Shown here one piece after another: positions 54,108-64,000 of a stretch of DNA of 64,000 bases. Both the position numbers and the translations under genes were made by a program. How positions within the stretch are numbered: position 1 is the first letter of the stretch; every line of letters starts with the position of its first letter. The DNA is from Octopus vulgaris (Eukaryota), in NCBI GenBank assembly GCA_951406725.2, contig OX597823.1, positions 89,094,001 through 89,158,000 of the forward strand. The letters run 5' to 3'. The notes under the pieces are model-generated. The model was given only the letters and a program-made list of their open reading frames with translations, ran no database searches and was not told where the DNA came from.

Positions 54108-55434
54108 TTGGGAGTAAATATACATTTATATATACTTCTTTTATATGTGTGCAGATATGTAGTTTTTTATGTACTTATGTATGTATGTATGTATGTATGT
54201 ATGATTGTATAAGTACGTGATGGAGGGTCTATAGCTGTGAATGGATATGATATATACATAAATTTCTCGAGAAAAAAATTTGAAAGAAGCGAGAAAGCTT
54301 TGAGAAAACGACTGAAAAAATATCTCTAAGAAGCTATAATGCAAACTTCCATACAAATACAAAAATAATGGTGAAGGTTTGAATGACCAGCAAATAGAAT
54401 GCAGTGAGGAAGAGTAACTGTCACAGGCAAGAAAGAATAGAATATTGATAAATAACTAACAATCACCAACACTCTTTACATATGTACACACGTACGTGAG
54501 GACAATTATTCATATATATATATGTATATACAGGTATATATAATAGACAGACAGACAGACAGAGGGAGAGAGAGTTTGTGTGCTTGTGTGTGTGTACAGG
54601 CAAATTTTGTCAGTTTGCATAAAGGAAAAGAAAACACAATACACCACCCCAAACAGAAGTGTTTGGAAAATTCAGACATTAACTACGTATGTTATGAGAG
54701 AAAAATTACAGTTTATTCAAAGTAGCGGCACTCAGCTTTCTTCTATGTCCTCAAGACAGCTCAGAAACCTTGTACGTGTTTTCCTCCCTACTTCCTTACG
54801 AGGATCTCCGAATACCTCCGTGATAATGAACAACACCAGGACCTTGGTTCCGTAGACGGAGCAGTTGGTGTGTTTCTCAACCACTCGATATAGTGGTAAT
54901 ATAGAGGATTACTTCGACATAGAGTAATATATAGGATTAGGATCGAAGAAATTAGAAGGCCAGAAATTGGGACTGGTCAAGACTAGGAATACTCCGACAA
55001 CCACTTCTGACAAGTAGACGAACCCTTCTGCTACACATATGTCCTTCTAACAGCAACCTTCTGCAGCCAGGCATTGACCACAGACTGCAACACCTTCACA
55101 TCGCCGTCTGAATAAACGAACACACACATACTCTACTGTATGCTAATGCCGTTTAGGTATTTTAAGATCGCTGTTAAATTTTCTGGGATGAAACCTTTCC
55201 GTTTTGGTCAATTATTTCATTTGAGATAATTTTCGTTAAAATTAAGAGTTAAATAACTAAGCACAATGTATAATAAGGGATTCACAACTTAAAAATCACT
55301 CACTCAAACGTTTCTGAAACTGTCAAATATTTTTCATTGTTTCTGTGTAGCGAGAAATTTTCCACGTCAGTATTTTATTTCTTCCTTAAATATTTTTAAA
55401 AATTCATCCTACGATGCTAAAAAAATGAAGAGAC

Positions 55435-55647
55435 AGTCCACGCGGCTCGGCAGAAGGTAATGGCGAACTTCTGCTGACTCTTCTGCCACAACTTTTTCTC
55501 ACTCTTTCCTCCTACATCTTGCAGCTCACCTGCGACGGACCGGCGACGGACCGGCGTCCCATCCAGGTGGGGAACCTAGACATCCAGGAAACCGGGAAAC
55601 CGGTCCTTATGAGCCAGGCATGGCTCGAGAAGGAACAAACAACAAAA
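55435..55647 (+). mobile_element. SINE-like 3' segment with a V-domain-like motif
   Basis: cctgcgacggaccggcg...tcccatccagg resembles V-SINE cctgcgatggactggcg.cc.gtccagg; ends in an (AAC)-rich tail. Confidence 0.5.
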
Positions 55648-55905
55648 CATTCGTTATATTGATCAATATTTAAAAACAAAACTGTAGCTTGGTTATTCGA
55701 TAATTTTGTTTTAAGAAATCACCAAGTTTTTAGCTTCTTTATATGTATCTAAGGAAATATTAAAGGGTAGCTTATAATCCGCTCTAAAACATAAATTCTT
55801 CCGACGCGATAAGCTTGCTGTGATAGTATTCATCCCAGAATCATGCTCATGCTAAAAGTTTAAATATTACCTGCAATCTTATGAGATTTTTTTTTCAATT
55901 TTCTA

Positions 55906-57904
<1,999 letters not shown>

Positions 57905-58597
57905 TATTCTATTACATTTTGAATTTCCCCACCCATGCTTCAACCGAAAACAGTGACAGACTACACCACCTGTGTAACTGATTTCGAACTTTAGCACAGG
58001 GCCAGCAAGTTCGGGGTAGCGGGTAAGTCAATTACATCGACCACAGTACTCAACTACTACGGATTTTATCGCACCTGGCTGAAAGGCAAAGCCATCAAGC
58101 AGATTGGATTTTCATGTAAGTTAGTCGGCACCCTTATGTGTGTGTGGCATTGTAGCAACAATAGTCACGCATACATAACCATTATATATATCTGAGTATG
58201 TGCGCGCGTGAGAGAGAGAGAAAGAGTTGTTTATTATGCATTCCACCAACATAGCGGAAGTCAGATATCTCAAAGGAACCTACTTAACACATAATATACA
58301 TACGTTAATACTTCACTTATTCAATATAGCGAAATAAAATGCTTTCTCCAACTGTAATCCAAGATGTTAGTAACGAAAGTCAACCCCATAAATGCTTTAA
58401 AAAATCTGAAAACATTAAACAAAAATGAATACCTCCAATACGTTCAGATACGAGAAATATATGTATATTATAGGCAATGCAAACTAGAGGTGATTTGGTT
58501 ACAAAAACGAATTGGTGTAAGTAACGTCTATATTTCGGTATTACATCACTTCTTCAGTAAAATGTATCCTACACAGATGGAAAGTACAAGATTGATC

Positions 58598-58632
<35 letters not shown>

Positions 58633-58636
<4 letters not shown>

Positions 58637-58831
58637 TCTTCTTGTCAGGTGTCCCAGATGAACCAAATTCACGGCAGGAGGTGCAGATGAGGGCAGCTGC
58701 ATCAAACTCTCTCATGCACCAAATGTCAATTGCTAAAAAGCATTCGTGAAGTAAAATCATGTAGCAACACCGAATGGCGGTGCCCCAGCATGGCCACAGC
58801 TCGTGAGCTGAAACTAAATGAAATGAAAATG

Positions 58832-58834
<3 letters not shown>
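58633..58834 (+). mobile_element. 3' end of a second CR1-type LINE in (TA)n
   Basis: HLFLSGVPDEPNSRQEVQMRAAASNSLMHQMSIAKKHS*, homologous to the C-terminus of the 56684-57133 ORF. UTR ggcggtgccccagcatggccacagctcgtgagctgaaac followed by (TGAAA)n. Confidence 0.82.
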
Positions 58835-58900
<66 letters not shown>

Positions 58901-59592
58901 AGAGAGAGAGGTATACAGAATATAGTGACGCTCTAATGACTGTCAACAATACGGCATTGAGGATATACATGAAGGCGTCTATCAGAGAATGTTCAGTACC
59001 AAAAAGAAAATAGTAAATAAATAGTTAAATAACGTTGATTATAACATGACTCTACCAAAGAAAAAAAATATTTTTGTTTTAATTTAACAATTCAATTTTA
59101 AAGTTTTCTCCAAAATTATTTCACTTGTAGTGAGAAAAAAAAATCTTTTAGAAACACTCCTTATGAAACAGATACTTAATAAACTATCAAAATGAAAGTT
59201 TTGGAAAATAAGAAAGAGGAAGAAGGAAGTTTTATTGTATTCTGCACACTGGAAATCTAAAAAGAAAAAAAAACTGCATTCACTTCCTTTTAGCGAAAAG
59301 CATCAGATGCGAGTGGATTTTACCTCAGCTACGATTAAAGATTTTGCTGTCATCCATCAATACAATTGTTCCGAAAAGAGACATGCTGTCGCTTTTCAAA
59401 TACGAAACAGGTTAATATTTTTATAGTTTTTCTTTTTCTGTATATAGTTTTTCTTTTCTTTTCCTCAAATATTTCACTAATGCATACACTCCGGGCATAC
59501 ATGAGTGTGTGTGTGTGTGTGCGTGTGTCTGGGTGTGTGAATTCACATATACACGTATATATGTGCGTCTATGTATGTATATGTGCGAGTCA

Positions 59593-59638
<46 letters not shown>

Positions 59639-59785
59639 ATACACTCACACACACATACACACACACACAGATATATATATGTATAGATGCATATATGAAT
59701 ATTTAATCATAAAACTACAGACATGCAGACATATATGGATATAGATATTCATGTATACATGCATACAAACGAAAGCATATGATTC

Positions 59786-59828
<43 letters not shown>

Positions 59829-59892
59829 GTATGCATGTATGTATATATGTATGTATAATGCACTGTTCCTTTAGATAAATCATAAATACACT

Positions 59893-59926
<34 letters not shown>

Positions 59927-59963
59927 CATACATATACAGGTATATGTATATATGTACTGATAC

Positions 59964-60022
<59 letters not shown>

Positions 60023-60654
60023 CACTTGATGTTAATACGATATGAGCACAGATGGTTTCCAGTAAACTTCGCTGTACTTATGTCAAAGGAGAATGAAAAT
60101 GTGATTGGCAAGTCTAGATCGCTTTGAATTGTAACTTAATAGAGACGCCAAACATTCTATACTGATACCATTTCTATTGAGATTAAACGTTCAAATACGA
60201 TATATACGATTTTTCTTGCCAATAATGTTAATAAATTACTTTTTGTTCGACTTTTGTGTCTATAACCTGTATTATTCTTGCATTGCCTGGGTCCTAAAAG
60301 ATAAAAAAGGAAACCAAACCTCTTAGTAAACAGTTTTTATTGCGTTTTGTATGTATTTTAATTTGAAATCAGTCATAACGGGAAAGTACAAAGATTTAGT
60401 GGTCAAAACCTATGTAACATCTTTTTAATGTGAATTTTGCATTTACTTATTGCAACAGTTATTTTATGTTCGATTGTTTCAGAAAACCTGAGTTCTGGAT
60501 TCGTTCGCTATGGAAGGATTGTCCTTTCAAAACTCAAAAATTTACAGTGGCCAAAACGTAGGACACAAGAGCTCACACAGCAGACCAAAGTTAGGAAAGC
60601 CGAACATAAAAATTCTACACTTTTCTCAACGGAAAGTAGAAGCGACACCAAAAT

Positions 60655-60755
60655 GAGGAAATTTGTATGTGTAAAAGTAAACGAGGTGAATATTAAATTA
60701 CAACTAGATACTGGTAGCGACATCTCGATTATTAATACCGACACATGGATGTGTA
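60655..60755 (+). pseudogene. Ty3/Gypsy aspartic protease remnant
   Basis: RKFVCVKVNEVNIKLQLDTGSDISIINTDTW contains the retropepsin LDTG motif in a typical context. Confidence 0.75.
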
Positions 60756-60789
60756 TATATAAATGAATATAATTTAGCATCAAGTGATC

Positions 60790-61100
60790 CCCACCGTGTA
60801 CCTACAAAACAAAATGCAGAAAACTTTGACAGACAACAAATGTAAGCTGTGCAAGATTGAAGACAGCACATTACTAGCAACTGACACAGAATGTCTTCCT
60901 AATATCATCTTCCTATGAGACGTGATGCAGTGGTCAGAACGGTCTGGAAAAGGATAACAAAGAAGAAAACACCTACACACGAAGTTGACAATACCGATGG
61001 GTCAAAAGAATATTGGTGGAACTTAAAATTAAGAGGTATCAAGTGGCCAGATATTGTAGTGTAGGATCACTAGGAAAAGTGCTGGGTTGTGAGAATCAGC
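60790..61100 (+). pseudogene. Decayed R4-like LINE zinc-knuckle/RLE fragment
   Basis: DNKCKLCK-IED..HITSN, YHLPMRRDAVVRTVW (~YYLP.RHD.VA) and EYWWNL. Confidence 0.65.
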
Positions 61101-61425
61101 AGTTATCTCGACACCAATGTGGTTCGAAAAATCCAAGAGAAAGAGGACATTTATGGACCATTGATAAACTCAGGACCCACGATACACTTTTAGTGTCAGG
61201 CATATTATTATTGGAGCAACAGGATGCATATCAATCTCTTTGGATACATATCAATCTCTTTAGCTGAAGCAAGGAATTTGAGTACAGAGGGCAAATCCTT
61301 TCTTCATACGGTGTATGGAACAATGAAAATCACGATATATGGAACTATGAAAATCTGAACGACATGCTTGAGATTTAGGGGATAGTGGTTAAGGCGAGGC
61401 ACTTCTTTTCGCTACGTTGCTGGCA

Positions 61426-61540
<115 letters not shown>

Positions 61541-61749
61541 CATTCAAAATGTGACCGCGTGTGTACCGATGGCGAGTTTTTTTCCTCTGTCTTCCCTTCT
61601 CTGGATCTTTCCTTCTCCTATGTTTCCGACGAAGTGCTCCGCTCGAAACATTAAACCCTCCTTCTTTCCTTCTTTCCTGAACCTCCAATAATACTATATT
61701 TGTTCCACGTCCTCGCGTTGTTGTGTTTTTTTGTGCTTTCATGTTTGGA
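61541..61749 (+). mobile_element. ~210-bp hammerhead-bearing element (family H3) between (TA)n tracts
   Basis: Homologous to 15345-15545; HHR remnant at 61622-61656. Confidence 0.8.
61622..61656 (+). ncRNA. Decayed minimal hammerhead ribozyme
   Basis: GTTT-CcGACGA-A-GtGC-tcc-GCTC-GAAAC-aT-T-AAAC: three disruptive substitutions relative to the intact 15448-15482 copy. Confidence 0.65.
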
Positions 61750-61769
61750 TATATATATATATATATATA

Positions 61770-62185
61770 GGCGCAGGAGTAGCTGTGTGGTAAGTAGCTT
61801 GCTAACCAGCCACATGGTTCCGGGTTCAGTGCGGCTGCGTGGCATCTTGGGCAAGTGTCCTCTGAGATAGCCCCGGGCCGACCAATGCCTTGTGAGTGGA
61901 TTTGGTAGACGGAAACTGAAATAAGCCTGTCGTATATATGTATATATATATATAAGTGTGTGTGTATATATGTTTGTGTGGTCTGTGTTTGTCCCCCTAG
62001 CATTGCTTGACAACCGATGCTGGTGTGTTTACGTCCCCGTCACTTAGCGGTTCGGCAAAAGAGACGGATAGAATAAGTACTGGGCTTACAAAGAATAAGT
62101 CCCGGGGTTGATTTGCTCGACTAAAGGCGGTGCTCCAGCATGGCCGCAGTTAAATGACTGAAACAAGTAAAAGAGTAAAAAGTAA
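61770..62185 (+). mobile_element. Full-length SINE family B
   Basis: Colinear with 25295-25745. Confidence 0.93.
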
Positions 62186-62788
62186 TATATATATATGCAC
62201 ACGCACACACACACATTTCTGGTGTTCTCAGCGCTAGAGGCGGGGGGATATGTCTCCCCGCTAGCGATATAAACAAGAGTCATTTTTCGTCGAAAGCTAA
62301 TAGGAGAAATCTTCTCATGGTATCTATTGCAGTATAGTTTTTCCGAACAGAACGTCCGCGTTTAAGTGGAGATAAATATTCTCTCTCGGTATTAATACTT
62401 GTTCTGTCGTTAATATATAAAACAGTTATGTAGGTGTGTAAACATGCGTACGTGTGAATGTGTATATATGTACCACATATTAATGTATATAAACACAAAT
62501 AGCTTGAACCGAAGTATAAAACTCCATTTGGTGTTCATATTTAAGAGACCGGGGAAAAATATGTCCCTTACACAAACAATCAAGTCGTAACTCCCTGTAA
62601 AACGGGAGACGTTTTCCTTCTTTATACACGTATTTCAAAATCATTAATATATAAAAATATAAACATACCAGATTACTTTAACCAAGTAAATATTCCGTGT
62701 AACTACATTCGTTTCAGCTTTTAGTTGGCTTTATACACATTAATACTGCATCTTTTCTTGCCTTGTATTTCTGGCTAGTAATTCATTT

Positions 62789-62862
<74 letters not shown>

Positions 62863-62977
62863 ATATCTATATGTATGTATGTATGTAAATTGAATTCTAT
62901 CATATATTATAAATATATCCTATATATACATGCATATATATATTTATGTGTATATGTAAGTATATATCTGTATATAT

Positions 62978-63059
<82 letters not shown>

Positions 63060-63250
63060 ATGTATATGTAAATTCCTTCCGTTTCGATTTCCATTTTTAT
63101 TTTTCCCTGATTTCATCTATATTCGATTTGTTTCCATTCAGATCATAATACTTGGTTGAGTTTGTTTCGTACGTAAGTTAATCTGTTCTGAATACTAATT
63201 CACATTACTGTGTAATTTTTTTTTTGTTGTTTACATTTTAGTTTTTGCTT

Positions 63251-63336
<86 letters not shown>

Positions 63337-63612
63337 AATTTTTTCTATCTTCTGCTCAGTAATTCATAATTATTTGTATTAATATTTTTAAGCATTTCAT
63401 ATAGATTTGTAATACAGTGTGAAAAAATATTTTGTAATTCATATTTGTGAATATTTGTGCTTGAATTCATCTGTCTGTAAGTGTGTACATACATACATAC
63501 ATTCACAAACATATATGTACACACATATAGATACAAACGCACACGCTAATATAGTTATTGATGCACAAGTAAACACACACACAAACATATATATATATAT
63601 ATATATATATAA

Positions 63613-63690
<78 letters not shown>

Positions 63691-64000
63691 GTGTGTATAT
63701 GTATGTATGCATGTATGTATACATATACACAAATACATGTCCACACATGTAAGTATTCTGTATTTGTATAGACATTGCTGTCACTAGGGATATCTGTATA
63801 CTTTGTATGCAAATGATAAACTATGTTGTAGTTATGAAAAGTGAATTTGACGCTGTTGAGAATTGGAAATCATAAACTATGTCATGCAACGAATGTAGTT
63901 CGGTGCATTTCATTTCCACCAACTATTCCCACCACCGTTCTCCCTCTTTATGTGTGTGTTTGTTTCTTGTGTGTGTGCGTGTGTGTGCATGTGTGTGTAT

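Noticed and set aside
54690-55140. Possible solo LTR(s) (TG start, AATAAA)
   Set aside because: No clear TG...CA boundaries, target duplication or second copy in the window.

Overview
AT-rich, microsatellite-saturated eukaryotic non-coding DNA. The SINE and LINE repertoire resembles a coleoid cephalopod, probably Octopus (inferred from recognising the repeats, not from a database search). No host protein-coding exon can be supported, and nearly all listed ORFs are translations of (TA)n, (TG)n, (AAT)n or (CATA)n repeats. The window is a mosaic of three tRNA-derived SINE families, fossil LINEs (RTE, R4/Dong-type, CR1-type), Penelope-like element (PLE) fragments, two Tc1/mariner fossils, MITE/foldback elements and a Gypsy protease remnant. 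The main result is a set of small non-coding elements carrying type-I hammerhead ribozymes (HHR) and inserted in (TA)n tracts. Two are young partial tandem arrays with an inverted 5' arm: a 455-bp monomer at 22507-23604, and a 362-bp monomer at 36739-37430 whose core has a U3-A8 covariation. There is also a ~200-bp HHR family (15345-15545 and 61541-61749) and a fossil GIY-YIG PLE ending in a decayed HHR (11335-12910). Together these look like several non-LTR retrozyme / non-autonomous PLE families plus the kind of helper element that could mobilise them. All alignments and folds were done by eye.
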